A stretch of DNA of 64,000 nucleotides from Escherichia coli (GCF_050920415.1 NZ_CP169309.1), one strand, 5' to 3'. Shown: positions 8,802 through 21,035, counted from the stretch's first letter. A program made the numbers and translations. Notes: generated from the sequence alone by a model not told the origin.

Positions 8802-10343
8802 TTACTCTTCGTTCTTCTTCTGACTCAGACCATATTCCCGCAACTTATTGGCAATCGCGGTATGCGAAACGCCGAGACGTTTTGCCAGTTTGCGCGTGCT
8901 GGGATAATTGCGATAAAGCTGACTTAATACCGAGCGTTCAAAACGGCTGGTAATTTCGTCCAGCGAACCTTCCATCGCATCTTCGCCCACGGCTACCGTT
9001 GCGGCGTCATAATCCGGCAACAAAATATCCTGAGGACGCAGCTCATAGCCGTCCAGTTGTGTCAGTGCGCGATAGATAGCGTTCTTTAACTGCCGCACAT
9101 TTCCCGGCCACGCATAACGCGTAAGTACAGTATTCAGGTCAGCGGCCAGTTTCGGACGCGGCACGCCCTGCTCGTCGGCAAAGCGGGCGACGAACAGCTC
9201 GGTTAACGGCATGATGTCCTGCGGACAGTCACGTAACGGCGGCAGATTGAGCGTCAACACGTTCAGACGATAATAGAGATCTTCACGGAACACGCCTTTT
9301 TGCACCAGTTCGACCAAATTCTTCTGCGTAGCGCAAATAACCCTTACATCGACATGCACTTCATGATCTTCACCAACTCGACGGAAAGTACCATCATTAA
9401 GGAAACGCAGTAATTTCGCCTGCATCCTTGGCGACATCTCGCCTATCTCATCTAACAGCACCGAACCACCGTTCGCCTGCTCAAAGAACCCTTTTTTACC
9501 TTCCGGAGCATGACCAAACAGTTCACTCTCGACCGCATCTTCCGGTATAGACGCGCAGTTCAGCGCCAGATAAGGTTTGCCCGCTCGTGGGCTTGCCTGA
9601 TGGCAGGCGTAGGCAAAGAGATCTTTACCTGTACCGGTGTCACCCGTAATCAGCAACGGCGCGCTTAGCATCGCCAGTTTCTGCGCCTGTTCGACAACAT
9701 GCTTCATTTTCGGGCTGACGGCGACAATTTGACTGAAGGCACTGACGTCCTGTGCAGCGACATTCTGCAACTGACGACCCATACGAATCGTCGAGCGCAA
9801 CATCACCACCGCACCGGTCAGAACGTGTTGATCATTTTCATCCTGAAGATAAACAGGCGTAATCTCCATCAGGAAATTCTGCCCATTAATAACGACATGC
9901 TCGTTATGCGAGTCTTGCGGTTCGCTTTCCAGCCAGCGTAAAAAATTAAAGCCGTTAATTAATTGCGCGGCGGTATGGTTGCGCAGGCGATCCAATTTTT
10001 GCCCAAAAAGCTGACAGCTCGCCGGGTTCGCCATATCCACTTTGCTTTTCATATCAACAGAAAGCACAGGCTCAGGCAACGCCTCCAGTAACGCGCTCAA
10101 CGCCAGATGCTCACGTTCGGAAGGCATCCACGGAACAGTGCGCACATCGGTAACACCTGCAATACGGCGTATTTCGGCCATCAGACTGCTGAAACTTTCA
10201 AATTCCAGTTCGGCAAAATTGAGGTAGATTCGCCCAATGGGGTCAATCTCAATACCGCGTAAATCAATACCTCTTAGCACGAGTAGATCGAGTAATTCGC
10301 GGGTCAGACCGAGTCGGTCTTCACAAAAGACTTCCAGACGCAT
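8802..10343 (-). CDS. tyrR: Transcriptional regulator TyrR (sigma54-type AAA+ fold)
   Basis: MRLEVFCEDRLGLTRELLDLLVLRGIDLRGIEIDPIGRIYLNF...; 513 aa from the internal ATG. Confidence 0.9.
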   Translation of the reverse strand: MRLEVFCEDRLGLTRELLDLLVLRGIDLRGIEIDPIGRIYLNFAELEFESFSSLMAEIRRIAGVTDVRTVPWMPSEREHLALSALLEALPEPVLSVDMKSKVDMANPASCQLFGQKLDRLRNHTAAQLINGFNFLRWLESEPQDSHNEHVVINGQNFLMEITPVYLQDENDQHVLTGAVVMLRSTIRMGRQLQNVAAQDVSAFSQIVAVSPKMKHVVEQAQKLAMLSAPLLITGDTGTGKDLFAYACHQASPRAGKPYLALNCASIPEDAVESELFGHAPEGKKGFFEQANGGSVLLDEIGEMSPRMQAKLLRFLNDGTFRRVGEDHEVHVDVRVICATQKNLVELVQKGVFREDLYYRLNVLTLNLPPLRDCPQDIMPLTELFVARFADEQGVPRPKLAADLNTVLTRYAWPGNVRQLKNAIYRALTQLDGYELRPQDILLPDYDAATVAVGEDAMEGSLDEITSRFERSVLSQLYRNYPSTRKLAKRLGVSHTAIANKLREYGLSQKKNEE

Positions 10344-10413
10344 GGGAACCTTCACCTGAAAAAAGAACAATTAATATGATGATATGACACTATTTGGATA
10401 GCAGGAAGGTTTC

Positions 10414-10431
10414 TGTCAACAATCATTGACA
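10414..10431. promoter_or_regulatory. TyrR-box-like palindrome in the tyrR upstream region
   Basis: tgtcaacaatcattgaca = TGTCAA-N6-TTGACA, close to the TyrR box consensus TGTAAA-N6-TTTACA. Confidence 0.4.
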
Positions 10432-10490
10432 CAAAGACGGAAAAACGGGCACTTCGGCGTAAAGATATCCGGTCAGCACCCGATATTGCA

Positions 10491-11552
10491 TTATTTTTCG
10501 CTGGGCGTTTTGCCTTTTTGCAGCGTCTCTTTCACCTGACCGATAAGCTGACGACGGAAATCCCCGAGGCGAGGTTTGTCATCGTCAATCCACGGCAGCG
10601 GGCGGCAAAGCTCCATAGCTTTAATCCCCAGTCGTGCCGTCAGAAGTCCAGCACCAATTCCCTGAGCTGCGCGGGTAGACAAACGCGCAGCGAGATCTTG
10701 CGACATCCAGTCCATCCCCACTTCGCGCACCAATTCGCTGGCTCCGGCAAAAGCGATATTCAGCAATACCAGCTTAAACAGGCGCAAACGGCTGTAATAT
10801 CCCAGTTCAATGCCATACAGCGTGGCGATGCGATTGATCAAACGCAGATTGCGCCAGGCGATAAATGCCATATCCACCAGCGCCAGCGGGCTAACGGCGA
10901 TCATTAACGTTGATTCCGCCGCTGAGCGACTGATTTCGCGCCGCGCCTGGGCATCTAAAACCGGCTGGACCAGATGAGCATACAGGCTGACCACTTCACG
11001 ATCGTTCTGCGTTTCATGGATTGAGGCATACCAGCGTTGCAGTGCCGGATGCGACTGGTCGATGCCCGCCTGCTGCGCCAGTTTTTCGCAGAATGCACGG
11101 CCTTTACCCGTGCCGTGGCTGTGCAACAAATCGCGCGCTTCGTCGCGTTCATGGGCGCGCTGTCGCAAGCGCCATAAGCGCCGCCACTCTGTTACCACAG
11201 AACCTACGCCAGCGCCGATAATCAATGCCCCAGCGGCACAGCCGCCCAGGGCCACCCAGTCCTGAGTTTGCCAGGCGTTCATCGTCCACTGCACACCCTG
11301 ACCAACAACGCTTGCACCAAACAGAGCCAACCCGCCCATCACCATTTTGCGCCACAGGCTGCGTTTCGGACGTAACGCTGCGTCCATCACCGCTTCAACT
11401 TGCCCCTCTTCTTCCTGCGCTTCGTCGAGCGTGGCCGGGGCAAAATTTTGCGCCTGATTTTCGTCAAAGGTCTGCTGCGCCCTGAATTTTGGATTCTGAT
11501 CGACCTCCAGTGGACCGTCGAAATCAATACGTGGTTTTAACGGTTCGGTCAT
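10491..11552 (-). CDS. ycjF: Inner membrane protein YcjF (DUF697-type)
   Basis: 353 aa; hydrophobic core segments; 4-nt overlap with ycjX. Confidence 0.8.
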   Translation of the reverse strand: MTEPLKPRIDFDGPLEVDQNPKFRAQQTFDENQAQNFAPATLDEAQEEEGQVEAVMDAALRPKRSLWRKMVMGGLALFGASVVGQGVQWTMNAWQTQDWVALGGCAAGALIIGAGVGSVVTEWRRLWRLRQRAHERDEARDLLHSHGTGKGRAFCEKLAQQAGIDQSHPALQRWYASIHETQNDREVVSLYAHLVQPVLDAQARREISRSAAESTLMIAVSPLALVDMAFIAWRNLRLINRIATLYGIELGYYSRLRLFKLVLLNIAFAGASELVREVGMDWMSQDLAARLSTRAAQGIGAGLLTARLGIKAMELCRPLPWIDDDKPRLGDFRRQLIGQVKETLQKGKTPSEK

Positions 11553-12946
11553 CGCAATTTATCTCCTATTAAAAATTCCAGCGCAGCATCAAGGCGAATA
11601 TGCGGCAACGGTTTGTCGACATCCATTACCTGCGGGCGAAACGCCTCAAACTGGAAGCCTTGCTTATCCCAGAACGCCTGGCCAGGCAAACGTGCGGGAA
11701 CTTCGCCAGGATACACAGTGAGCGGTGCGCCATCGCTGAGTCGATTACCGCGCAGCGCCGGGATTTTCTCACCGTTAACATCAATAATGCCGCTGGTGGT
11801 CGCCTGAACTGACGCCAGCCCCAGGCAGTCCATGCTGATCCCTTCGAACGCCGCATTTTGCCAGGCATCCTGAATCAGTTGTTGCAGTAATGAAACCATA
11901 TTGGCGTGCTGATCGATGGTCACATGATCCGCTTTAGTGGCAGCAAACAATAGCTTATCGATAACCGGCGAAAACAAGCGCCGGAACAAGGTACGCTGCC
12001 CGTAGTGGAAGCTTTGCATCAGCTGCGTCAGCGCCAGACGCATATCATTGAATGCTTGTGGTCCACTGTTGAGAGGTTGCAGGCAATCCACCAGCACAAT
12101 CTGCCGATCAAAGCGCAGAAAATGATTTTTATAGAATCCCTTCACCACTTTCTCGCAGTAATAATTAAATCGTTCGCGCAGCATTCCGGCATTGGTGTGC
12201 TTGTCGGCTTGTGCTAGTTTTGATTCGCCCCAGGCATCGACATCTGGCCACGGGAAGAATTGCAGCGCGGGCGCACCTGCCATATCGCCCGGCAAGACAA
12301 AACGCCCAGGCTGAATAAAGTGCAGCCCCTGCTGTTTGCAGTGGTGGAGATAATCGGTCCATGCGGCAGCAATGTCTGCAAGACGGTTTTCGTCGGCAGG
12401 TGCTAGTGGGTCCAGCCCTTCGCACATCATTCGCCATTTTGCCGACCATTCGCCGCGCTGACCATTGAGTAAGCCCGTCATCTGGCGCGACCAGCTTAAA
12501 TAGTCCTGCGCCAACATCGGCAAGTCGAGTAACCATTCGCCAGGATAATCCACTATCTCCAGATACAACGTGGAAGTGTCTTTGAAGTGACGCAACAGCG
12601 AATCGTTCGATTTATAGCGTAGCGCCAGGCGAATCTCACTGACGCCGCGTGTTGGGGTTGGCCAGGCGGGAGGATCGCCATATAACTGCGCCAGCCCTTC
12701 ATCGTAGGTGAAGCGCGGAATGCCAAAGTCACGCTGGGGAATGCGTTTTACGCCCAGCAGGCGCTCTTCACGCACCGCACTTAATAGCGGCAAGCGTGCT
12801 CCGGCATGAATATTGAGCAACTGATTGACCATCGCAGTGATAAACGCGGTTTTGCCGCTGCGGCTAAGTCCGGTTACAGCGAGGCGCAGATGTCTGTCGA
12901 CACCCCGATTCACCAGCGCATTAAGTTCATTTTTAAGTCGCTTCAT
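11549..12946 (-). CDS. ycjX: P-loop NTPase YcjX (DUF463-type)
   Basis: [35 protein letters not shown]... (Walker A GLSRSGKT); 465 aa from the internal ATG. Confidence 0.8.
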   Translation of the reverse strand: MKRLKNELNALVNRGVDRHLRLAVTGLSRSGKTAFITAMVNQLLNIHAGARLPLLSAVREERLLGVKRIPQRDFGIPRFTYDEGLAQLYGDPPAWPTPTRGVSEIRLALRYKSNDSLLRHFKDTSTLYLEIVDYPGEWLLDLPMLAQDYLSWSRQMTGLLNGQRGEWSAKWRMMCEGLDPLAPADENRLADIAAAWTDYLHHCKQQGLHFIQPGRFVLPGDMAGAPALQFFPWPDVDAWGESKLAQADKHTNAGMLRERFNYYCEKVVKGFYKNHFLRFDRQIVLVDCLQPLNSGPQAFNDMRLALTQLMQSFHYGQRTLFRRLFSPVIDKLLFAATKADHVTIDQHANMVSLLQQLIQDAWQNAAFEGISMDCLGLASVQATTSGIIDVNGEKIPALRGNRLSDGAPLTVYPGEVPARLPGQAFWDKQGFQFEAFRPQVMDVDKPLPHIRLDAALEFLIGDKLR

Positions 12947-13090
12947 TGCTGTCCTGTGGACCAGAAAAAAATCATTCGTAAGGATATGAATGTGGGGGCC
13001 ATGCCCTTGATTATCAACTGCCCGTGTTGTCATCTTGAGGCGAACTCCATAAGATGTGCAGCATTCACGTTCGGACGGAGTTCCTGACCT

Positions 13091-14089
13091 ATGTCCCCTA
13101 CTATTTATGATATTGCCAGGGTTGCCGGCGTATCAAAATCCACCGTATCACGCGTGCTGAATAAGCAAACCAATATCTCCCCGGAAGCGCGCGAAAAAGT
13201 GTTACGGGCCATTGAAGAATTACAGTATCAGCCAAATAAACTGGCCCGCGCGCTGACCTCTTCGGGCTTTGATGCCATTATGGTGATTTCTACCCGCTCG
13301 ACCAAAACTACGGCGGGTAACCCGTTTTTCTCCGAAGTTTTGCATGCCATTACCGCCAAAGCGGAAGATGAGGGTTTCGACGTGATATTGCAGACGTCGC
13401 ACAACCCGGCTGAAGACTTACAAAAATGTGAAAGCAAAATTAAGCAGAAAATGATTAAAGGCATTATTATGCTAAGTTCGCCAGCAGATGAGTCTTTTTT
13501 CGCCCAACTCGATAAATACGATATTCCGGTGGTAGTAATTGGCAAAGTTGAAGGTGAATATGCCCATGTTTATTCTGTCGATACCGATAATTTTGGCGAC
13601 AGTATTGCGCTGACCGATGCATTAATTGAAAGTGGACATAAAAATATTGCCTGCCTGCATGCTCCGCTTGATGTTCATGTTTCGGTTGATCGCGTTAATG
13701 GCTATAAGCAAAGTCTGGAAGATCATAATATTGCAGTGCGCAGTGAGTGGATCGTTGACGGCGGTTATACCCATGAGACAGCATTAAAAGCCGCACGGCA
13801 ATTATTAAGTCAGTCACCGTTGCCTGAGGCAGTGTTTGCTACTGACAGCCTGAAATTAATGAGCATTTATCGTGCGGCGGCAGAGAAAAACATTGCTATT
13901 CCGCAGCAGTTAGCGGTGGTGGGTTATAGTAATGAAACGCTGTCGTTTATATTAACGCCTGCACCGGGCGGCATCGATGTTCCGACGCAGGAGTTAGGTC
14001 AACAAAGCTGCGAGTTATTATTCCGCTTAATTGCCGGAAAACCGTCACCACAAAATATTACCGTTGCCACGCATATGTCGTTGAAATAA
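13091..14089 (+). CDS. ycjW: LacI-family transcriptional regulator
   Basis: 332 aa; N-terminal helix-turn-helix [24 protein letters not shown]. Confidence 0.85.
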   Translation: MSPTIYDIARVAGVSKSTVSRVLNKQTNISPEAREKVLRAIEELQYQPNKLARALTSSGFDAIMVISTRSTKTTAGNPFFSEVLHAITAKAEDEGFDVILQTSHNPAEDLQKCESKIKQKMIKGIIMLSSPADESFFAQLDKYDIPVVVIGKVEGEYAHVYSVDTDNFGDSIALTDALIESGHKNIACLHAPLDVHVSVDRVNGYKQSLEDHNIAVRSEWIVDGGYTHETALKAARQLLSQSPLPEAVFATDSLKLMSIYRAAAEKNIAIPQQLAVVGYSNETLSFILTPAPGGIDVPTQELGQQSCELLFRLIAGKPSPQNITVATHMSLK

Positions 14090-14103
14090 ATGCCAGCTAC
14101 GTT

Positions 14104-14188
14104 GCCTGAATGCCGGATGCGATGCTGGCGCATCTTATCCGGCCTACATTTATAAACCGGATAAAGTACTCGCGCCGCATCCGGCAAT
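14104..14188. repeat. REP/BIME-type palindromic repeats
   Basis: gccggatgcgatgctggcgcatcttatccggcctac and an inverted ccggataaag...cgccgcatccggca copy. Confidence 0.5.
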
Positions 14189-14199
14189 TTAGCACATTA

Positions 14200-15105
14200 T
14201 CAGAACGCGTAATTCACACCGACACCTGCATAATGGAATTTATCGCTGTCGCCTTCATCGTGATCCTGCCACTCAAACGCGTATTCCAGCGAAACGGAAA
14301 GACCATTCTGGAAATCATAACCGTAAAACAAACCAAGACGGTTAAAATCATGGCCTTCACGTTCGATATCATCCTGCCAGTCCCAGTTACTCCAGCGATC
14401 CAACCCAATGCGCGTATACGGTGTTACCGAGTGATTGCCGAGCGTCAGCGGTAAATAGGCGCGAATTTCTTGCGTGGAGAATTCACCGTTATTGCGGCTG
14501 TCGTCCATATTGAAGCCGCGCTCGAGATAATAGTTCACCCGCAAGGCAACCGTTTCGTTGAAGGTATATTGCAGACCCGTTTCCGTTTCGACACGGGTAT
14601 CAGCATAACCGGTCGTATTCAGATCGTTGGCAAATTTATACATCGACAGCCAACCGTTGAAACGTAAATCGTCAGTCAGTTTCACATCCCAGTCTGGCGC
14701 GATTTTCCAGCGCTGCATATTTGCCGTGTCTTTACCCGGTTCATCAACGTAGTGATAACCATAGTTACGGAAACCACCGGTCAGGCCGAAACTGAAATCA
14801 TCGCTTTCGAGAAACTGATAATGCACTTCCAGTTCCGGGCGATCAAACCAGGTTCCACGTTTACCCGCGCTATAATCTACCGGCCCTTCCTGGTAATAAG
14901 CCAGCGATATTCTCCACGGCCCATTGGCAGCATTAAAATAGACGGAAGGCTCCGCCAGCCCGTCCATATCTTCGCCATAACCCTCAACGTTTTCTATTTC
15001 GTACATCGCGCCGATATTAAAGTGCCAGTCTTTTTTTTCCTCAGCCTGTGCGCAGGCCATTCCCGCACACATCACCAGTGCGGTACAGGGTAATAACTTT
15101 TTCAT
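14200..15105 (-). CDS. ompG: Outer membrane porin OmpG
   Basis: 301 aa; signal peptide MKKLLPCTALVMCAGMACA; beta-barrel sequence ending ...GVGVNYAF. Confidence 0.9.
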   Translation of the reverse strand: MKKLLPCTALVMCAGMACAQAEEKKDWHFNIGAMYEIENVEGYGEDMDGLAEPSVYFNAANGPWRISLAYYQEGPVDYSAGKRGTWFDRPELEVHYQFLESDDFSFGLTGGFRNYGYHYVDEPGKDTANMQRWKIAPDWDVKLTDDLRFNGWLSMYKFANDLNTTGYADTRVETETGLQYTFNETVALRVNYYLERGFNMDDSRNNGEFSTQEIRAYLPLTLGNHSVTPYTRIGLDRWSNWDWQDDIEREGHDFNRLGLFYGYDFQNGLSVSLEYAFEWQDHDEGDSDKFHYAGVGVNYAF

Positions 15106-15149
15106 TATTGTTCCTTGTATTATCCTGGGGGAATGCCTTCCCCCTGTAT

Positions 15150-16232
15150 TTAGCGAATTGCTATTTCCGTTTCTGCATCAAAGAAATGACATTTGGTCAT
15201 ATCAAAATGAATAGTGACGTTTTCTCCTGCATGATAATCATTTAACGCACCGGCACGGACCACCAGCTCGTGCCCCCCAACCGTGGTGTAGAGCATAAAT
15301 TCCGCACCGGTTAATTCCGCCACGCTAATTTTGGCGGAAATGTTATTTTCCTCTTGCGCATCCGGATGAATATCCTCCGGGCGTATTCCCATCACGATGG
15401 GTTTATGCAAACTTTCCTGCGTTTTCAGAACGGCTAATTTATCTTCGGGAATGGTTAATTTAAGCGTTTCCGTAACGAATTTATCGCCATCGATCGTGCC
15501 GCGAATAAAATTCATTGCTGGTGACCCAATAAATCCGGCAACAAACATATTCGCCGGTTGGTTATAGACCGTTTTCGGCGCACCGACCTGCTGAACAATC
15601 CCATCCTTCATAATGACAATCCGCGTCGCCATGGTCATCGCTTCGGTCTGATCGTGGGTCACGTAGATCATGGTGGTGTTCAGTTTCTGATGCAGCTTGC
15701 TGATTTCCGCGCGCATTTGTACGCGCAGCTTGGCATCCAGGTTAGAGAGCGGTTCATCCATCAAAAACACGCCCGCTTCACGCACAATCGCCCGTCCGAG
15801 CGCCACACGCTGGCGTTGCCCGCCGGAAAGCGCCCCCGGCTTGCGTTTCAGGTACTCACGCAGGCCGAGGATTTGCGCCGCCCAGTTAACCCGCTCATCA
15901 ATCACCTCTTTGGCGATTTTTTGCATCTTCAGGCCAAACGCCATGTTGTCGTAGACCGTCATATGCGGATACAGCGCGTAGTTCTGGAAAACCATCGCAA
16001 TATTGCGCGCTTTGGCCGGAACGTCATTCATTCGTTTGCCGTCGATCAACAGATCGCCGCCGCTGATCTCCTCAAGCCCGGCAATCATACGCAGCGTCGT
16101 CGATTTACCGCAGCCCGACGGACCGACAAACACGATGAACTCTTTATCGGCAATCTCCAGGTTGAAGTCCTTCACCACATGCACCTGGTTATCGTAGATC
16201 TTTTGAATATGTTGTAACGAAAGCTGTGCCAT
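15150..16232 (-). CDS. ycjV: ABC transporter ATP-binding protein (MalK-like), intact
   Basis: 360 aa with Walker A GPSGCGKST, signature LSGGQRQR and Walker B FLMDEPLSNLD; uninterrupted frame. Confidence 0.85.
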   Translation of the reverse strand: MAQLSLQHIQKIYDNQVHVVKDFNLEIADKEFIVFVGPSGCGKSTTLRMIAGLEEISGGDLLIDGKRMNDVPAKARNIAMVFQNYALYPHMTVYDNMAFGLKMQKIAKEVIDERVNWAAQILGLREYLKRKPGALSGGQRQRVALGRAIVREAGVFLMDEPLSNLDAKLRVQMRAEISKLHQKLNTTMIYVTHDQTEAMTMATRIVIMKDGIVQQVGAPKTVYNQPANMFVAGFIGSPAMNFIRGTIDGDKFVTETLKLTIPEDKLAVLKTQESLHKPIVMGIRPEDIHPDAQEENNISAKISVAELTGAEFMLYTTVGGHELVVRAGALNDYHAGENVTIHFDMTKCHFFDAETEIAIR

Positions 16233-16245
16233 GTTGATTCCTTTG

Positions 16246-16905
16246 CTATACGTTTTGCCAGAAGGCCGATAACCGCGGCCAGGTCAGAGATTCCGTTGAG
16301 GGCAGCAACAGTTGCGCCCCGGTTAAGCTCGTGCCGATCCCCACCGAGCGCATACCGCTGGCGTTAATGGCGTCAATGCCCGCCTGCGCATCTTCAATGC
16401 CAATGCAGGCCTGTGGAGGCACGCCCAGCCCGGCACAGGCGGCGAGAAAGATTTCCGGATCCGGTTTCGAGTGTTTAAGTTGGGAAGCGTCCGCGCAGAA
16501 GGTGAAAAACTCGCGCAGCTCCAGCGCCGCTAAAATTGTTGGGGCATTCAGAGAGACGGAGGCCAGCCCTACCGGGATGCCTTGCGCCCGAAGATCTGCC
16601 AGCAAAGGCCGAATTCCCGGCAGAACAGCGTTAACCGTCAGTTCGCGCAGTGAGTGGACGTAGAGCAGATTTTTGCGATACGCCAGTTGCGCCCGCTCTT
16701 GCACGTTAAAGTCGCCCTCTTTGCCCCCGTGTTGCAGAATGCGCCGCAGGGACTCATCGCGGCTGATCCCTTTTAACGTCTCGTTAAATTGCGCATCGAT
16801 GCTGATGCCGATTTCGGCGGCAATCTGCTGCCATGCCTGGAAGTGCAGATGTGCGGTGTCGGTGATCACGCCATCCAGATCGAAAATTACCCCTTGTAGT
16901 TTCAT
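16246..16905 (-). CDS. ycjU: Beta-phosphoglucomutase (HAD family)
   Basis: 219 aa; [20 protein letters not shown] motif. Confidence 0.85.
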   Translation of the reverse strand: MKLQGVIFDLDGVITDTAHLHFQAWQQIAAEIGISIDAQFNETLKGISRDESLRRILQHGGKEGDFNVQERAQLAYRKNLLYVHSLRELTVNAVLPGIRPLLADLRAQGIPVGLASVSLNAPTILAALELREFFTFCADASQLKHSKPDPEIFLAACAGLGVPPQACIGIEDAQAGIDAINASGMRSVGIGTSLTGAQLLLPSTESLTWPRLSAFWQNV

Positions 16906-19169
16906 TCATCCTCCTGATGTTTGGTAGCGGTCCCATTGAAGGGCAAAATAAAATCACCCAAACAGAAAACAGATTCTTCAGTCACGGAAATAAGCTGACC
17001 GTTCAACCGCATTGAAACGGGCGCAGAAGTTCGAATCGCAATACGCTGCGCGTCGAGAGTGACCTGTAATTCGCAGCCCTGCCAGAACAAAGGGAAAGAT
17101 AACTGTTGCCACTGCTCAGGTAACGCTGGGTTCAGATGTAATTCGCCGTCGCGCACGCTGACTCCGGCAAAACCCTGAATCGCCCCCAGCCAGATAGCGC
17201 CAGTTGCGGCGGCATGGATACCGTCATCGCAGCTATGCGGATCAGCACCAAGATCGATTTCACTCCCCTCGCGCCAGAACGGGTAACTCTGCGCAAGCAA
17301 GCCACAACGCGCGGCAACAATGCCGTGGATCGCTTTACTCAATGACGAGTCGTGAATGGTGCGCGGTTCATAAAATTGCAGATTGGCGAGACAAGAGGCC
17401 GCTGAAAATTGTTCTGGTAGCATGTAATTGAGCATCACCACATCGGCCTGCTTGAGGATCTGCATCTCGTTCACTTCTGCGCGTGAATAATCCAGCAGAA
17501 TGGTTTGTTTGCCTGCCGCCGCTTTGTATTTCGCCAGATCTATCGCCGGTTTCGCCATAAACGAATCATCCTGCGGCAAAACGCCGTCGGGCTGAATTTC
17601 TGGCATCCACAGCTCTTTGAGGAACATGTCGGCACGATGAATAAACGCATCGTCGCTACAGCCAAACTGGCGAGCAATATTCAGTGCCTGTTGGACGTTG
17701 TAGCAGGCCATATAACTTGTGTATGCGTTATTGTTAACGTGTTCGGTATATTCGTCTGGCCCAATAACATCATGAATTTCCAGACGATCGTTAACCCTTA
17801 CCGCGCGGCTAATCCAGAACTTTGCGGTCTCCAGCAGTAGCGCCATGCCTTCGTGAGCAACGAAGCTTTCATCCCCCGTTACCTGCCAGTATTGAATAAC
17901 CGCCCAGGCGATATCGGCAACCAGATGATGTTCCGCCTGCGCTGAGGCCACTTTTTGCCGTAGCCCGGTACGAATGTTTATGGCGGCAAATTCCGGGGTC
18001 TCTTCTTCGCCGCTGCGTGCGCTTTCCCACGGAAATAGCGCGCCCTGCCAGCCATTGCGTCGCGCTTTCTCCTGCGCCCCCGGTAAGTTGTGCCAGCGAT
18101 AGCGCAGCAAACTCCGGGCAATCGTCGGTTCGCTAAACAGATGGAACGGCAGCAGGAACACTTCCGTATCCCAGAAAACATGGCCTTTGTAGCCTTCCCC
18201 GGTTAAGGCTTTTGCCGCAATGCTGCTACGCTCGTCGTGGGCGGGCGTCATAATACGCAAATGATAAAGCGCATAGTCTAACGCCCGCTGATCGTGCGTA
18301 TCGCAACTCTTTACCGTGATACGACGTTTCTGCCACCATTGCTGCCAGTTTTCTGTCGATGCTGCAAGAAGTTGGTCATAACTCTGTTGTGTACACATTT
18401 CAAGCTGGCGAAGCGACGCACTGCCCCACTCGTCTAAAGCGGCTTGTCGGTCATCCCGCCAGTCAATCCACACCCGCTTTTGCAAGGTCAGTGTTTCACC
18501 TGTGCGAAGTTGCGCGCTGGTATGTTGCAGCAAACGGCGCTCTTTGGCGGTATAGCACTGCTGAACGTCACCACTCGCCTGACAGTGACAACTGATTGCC
18601 ACATCACTGCGCCCATCCTGGGTGGTGTAGATCCCCTGCATCAAATGCTGACCAAACACCCGGACCTGGGTTTCATCCAGATGCTGGCGACCGTGGTTGG
18701 TTTGCGTGGCGTTAATGCCTGTTGAGATCAGCACTGATGCCTCGGCGTCCAGCGGGGTAATACTGATTTCCAGCGCGATCAGCGGCAGTTGATCTGTCGA
18801 AACAAAACGACGACTTGCAAGGGTAAACCGTGCGCCGTCGCTGCTGCGCCAGATAACACTGCGGCGTAATTCTCCACTGGCAAAGTCAAGCTCACGCTGC
18901 CACGCTTCGCGGGATAACGAAAAAATCTCGCCGTTTAGGGTAATTTCCATTCCCACCACGTCTGGCAGATTCACCAGTTCGTTGATTTCTCCTTTCCCGG
19001 CTCGATGATAAAGCCCTGCCAGATACATGCCGCGCGTCTGCCGCGTGTAATCTTCTTCATGGCTGGCACGAAGCCCAAGATAGCCGTTCCCCTGCGCCAT
19101 TAATGAGGCATATTTATTCAGGGTATGCTGGCTGAATTGGGGTTCCGTTAATGTTACTGGCCTGGTCAT
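16902..19169 (-). CDS. ycjT: Glycoside hydrolase family 65 phosphorylase (kojibiose phosphorylase)
   Basis: 755 aa; overlaps ycjU and ycjS by 4 nt. Confidence 0.85.
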   Translation of the reverse strand: MTRPVTLTEPQFSQHTLNKYASLMAQGNGYLGLRASHEEDYTRQTRGMYLAGLYHRAGKGEINELVNLPDVVGMEITLNGEIFSLSREAWQRELDFASGELRRSVIWRSSDGARFTLASRRFVSTDQLPLIALEISITPLDAEASVLISTGINATQTNHGRQHLDETQVRVFGQHLMQGIYTTQDGRSDVAISCHCQASGDVQQCYTAKERRLLQHTSAQLRTGETLTLQKRVWIDWRDDRQAALDEWGSASLRQLEMCTQQSYDQLLAASTENWQQWWQKRRITVKSCDTHDQRALDYALYHLRIMTPAHDERSSIAAKALTGEGYKGHVFWDTEVFLLPFHLFSEPTIARSLLRYRWHNLPGAQEKARRNGWQGALFPWESARSGEEETPEFAAINIRTGLRQKVASAQAEHHLVADIAWAVIQYWQVTGDESFVAHEGMALLLETAKFWISRAVRVNDRLEIHDVIGPDEYTEHVNNNAYTSYMACYNVQQALNIARQFGCSDDAFIHRADMFLKELWMPEIQPDGVLPQDDSFMAKPAIDLAKYKAAAGKQTILLDYSRAEVNEMQILKQADVVMLNYMLPEQFSAASCLANLQFYEPRTIHDSSLSKAIHGIVAARCGLLAQSYPFWREGSEIDLGADPHSCDDGIHAAATGAIWLGAIQGFAGVSVRDGELHLNPALPEQWQQLSFPLFWQGCELQVTLDAQRIAIRTSAPVSMRLNGQLISVTEESVFCLGDFILPFNGTATKHQEDE

Positions 19170-20221
19170 AATTCCACACGCATCCCTGTTTCTGCGGATT
19201 GATACAGCGCCGCCACCAGTTGCTGGATGATGTACCCTTGCTCGGCGTCGGCAATCATCACAGGCTTGCCCTGTACGTGATTGATAAAGGCTTCCATGCT
19301 GCGCAAATGACGGTTGTCGTCGGCCAGTTCCCGTTGCATCAGCGTCATTAATTCACCGTTGTTATCGGTGTAGATATGCGCCGGAAACAGCGTGGCTCCC
19401 GCTTTATCGCCGCAAAAGCTGACGTTCATCATCGACTGTTCGCGGATGTTGAGTGCAAATGATGTCTCCAGCAAAAGAATGCCGCCGTTATGAAATTCAA
19501 TGGTGCCAAACAGCGAATCTTCGACGCTGTAGGTTGCCGGGTCCCACTCACCAAATTGACCACAGCTCTTTTGAGTACCTATTTTCTGAAAGCTGTGCGC
19601 CGTGACGCTTTTCACCGCCGGAAAGCCCAGCACATACATCGCGGCATCCAGCATATGAATGCCAATGTCGATCAGCGGGCCGCCACCCTGCAGTTCTTTA
19701 TTGGTAAAGACACCCCAGCCGGGAACGCCGCAGCGACGCAGGGCGCGGGCGGTCGTGACGTAAATCTCACCCAAAACGCCGTTGGTCACCTGTTCACGCA
19801 ATTGTTGCGTATCAAGGGCAAAACGATGGTGAAAGTCGTAGGCCAGCACCTTGCCCCGTTTGCGCGCGGTATCACACATCTCCCGCGCCTGTTCTGGTGT
19901 CATGGCGGGCGGTTTCTCGCACATCACATGGCAGCCTGCCTCCAGCGCCATCAGGGTATGCTCGTAATGAAAACGGTTAGGTGAACAGACGCTTACCACG
20001 TCAGGTTTTACCGCCAGCAGCATGGCCTGCGGATCGTCCCACACGGATGCGTTCCCGTATTTCTCTGCCAACGCCTGCGCCTGGGAAAGGCGGCTGTCAC
20101 AGACAGCCACCAGTTCCAGATCGTTGCGGGTGCAGTAGTACGAAGCATGAACCTTATCCGCCACCTGGCCCGCGCCTATTATCGCGACCCGCAGCGGAGA
20201 GCTTGTCATTGCACTTTTCAC
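19166..20221 (-). CDS. ycjS: Gfo/Idh/MocA-family NAD-dependent sugar dehydrogenase
   Basis: 351 aa; Rossmann motif VAIIGAGQVADKVH. Confidence 0.85.
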   Translation of the reverse strand: MKSAMTSSPLRVAIIGAGQVADKVHASYYCTRNDLELVAVCDSRLSQAQALAEKYGNASVWDDPQAMLLAVKPDVVSVCSPNRFHYEHTLMALEAGCHVMCEKPPAMTPEQAREMCDTARKRGKVLAYDFHHRFALDTQQLREQVTNGVLGEIYVTTARALRRCGVPGWGVFTNKELQGGGPLIDIGIHMLDAAMYVLGFPAVKSVTAHSFQKIGTQKSCGQFGEWDPATYSVEDSLFGTIEFHNGGILLLETSFALNIREQSMMNVSFCGDKAGATLFPAHIYTDNNGELMTLMQRELADDNRHLRSMEAFINHVQGKPVMIADAEQGYIIQQLVAALYQSAETGMRVEL

Positions 20222-20230
20222 AAAGACCTC

Positions 20231-21019
20231 TTAGCAGGTGCGCAACCAGGCCAAAGAATCACGGTACGCCTGAGCAGGATCTTCTGCCCGAATGCGCCCT
20301 TCATACACCACATAGCCCTGATAGTTATCGGCGCGCAGCTGTTCAAACAGCGCGTGGAAATCGAGGGTGCCGCTGCCCGGCTGATAGCGATGGTTATCGG
20401 CAATATGCACATGACCAAGCAGGTCACGGTTGTCATGCAGCGCCTGCGCCAGGTTATCCTCTTCGATGTTCATGTGATAGAAATCGCCGATAATCTGCAC
20501 ATGTTTAAGGTTGTTTTCGACGATGTAACGACGAGCATCGGCGAGCGTGTTGATCATGTGGTCCTGATAGCGGTTTAGCGGTTCGAGATACACCACCGTT
20601 CCGGTACGCGCGGCCACCTTTTCCAGGAAACGCAGGGAATCGCTCACCATTTGACGATCGCCGTCCAGGCTGCGCGGTGAGGTCATCGGCGGTAAGCGGA
20701 AGGTAAACATGCCCCACGCAGCCGGAACGACAATACCTTTACCGCCCACTTCCGCCAGCGCCTCAAGAATGCGCTCGATCTGCTTTAAACCATTAAGACG
20801 ACGCTCTTCGATAAAGTCGCCAATCCAGCCGTCATAGCCGCCGCAGGCGGTGGTCACCGGTAAACCGGTTTCTTTGATCGCTGCTTTGACTTCTTCGAGA
20901 TTGTTGACCAGCAGTTTGCCGTCAATCTCAAAACCATCAAAACCCATCTCTTTGATATAACGAAATTTCTCCAGAATATTTTCCGGAAAGAAGGCCTGAT
21001 TCTGTGTGCCGATTTTCAT
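20231..21019 (-). CDS. ycjR: Sugar phosphate isomerase/epimerase (TIM barrel)
   Basis: 262 aa; MKIGTQNQAFFPENILEKFRYIKEMGFDGFEI. Confidence 0.85.
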   Translation of the reverse strand: MKIGTQNQAFFPENILEKFRYIKEMGFDGFEIDGKLLVNNLEEVKAAIKETGLPVTTACGGYDGWIGDFIEERRLNGLKQIERILEALAEVGGKGIVVPAAWGMFTFRLPPMTSPRSLDGDRQMVSDSLRFLEKVAARTGTVVYLEPLNRYQDHMINTLADARRYIVENNLKHVQIIGDFYHMNIEEDNLAQALHDNRDLLGHVHIADNHRYQPGSGTLDFHALFEQLRADNYQGYVVYEGRIRAEDPAQAYRDSLAWLRTC

Positions 21020-21035
21020 TTTTCCGTCCTTAGAA

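Noticed and set aside
15558-16217. 219-aa + strand ORF inside ycjV; similar long antisense ORFs at 21270-22022 (ycjQ), 45868-46626 (fabI), 42296-42850 (sapB/sapC), 83-607 (phosphoesterase) and 33721-34182 (puuC)
   Set aside because: They lie entirely antisense to strongly supported genes in GC-rich coding DNA, have Arg/Ser/Pro-rich low-complexity translations and no ribosome-binding sites; typical shadow ORFs.
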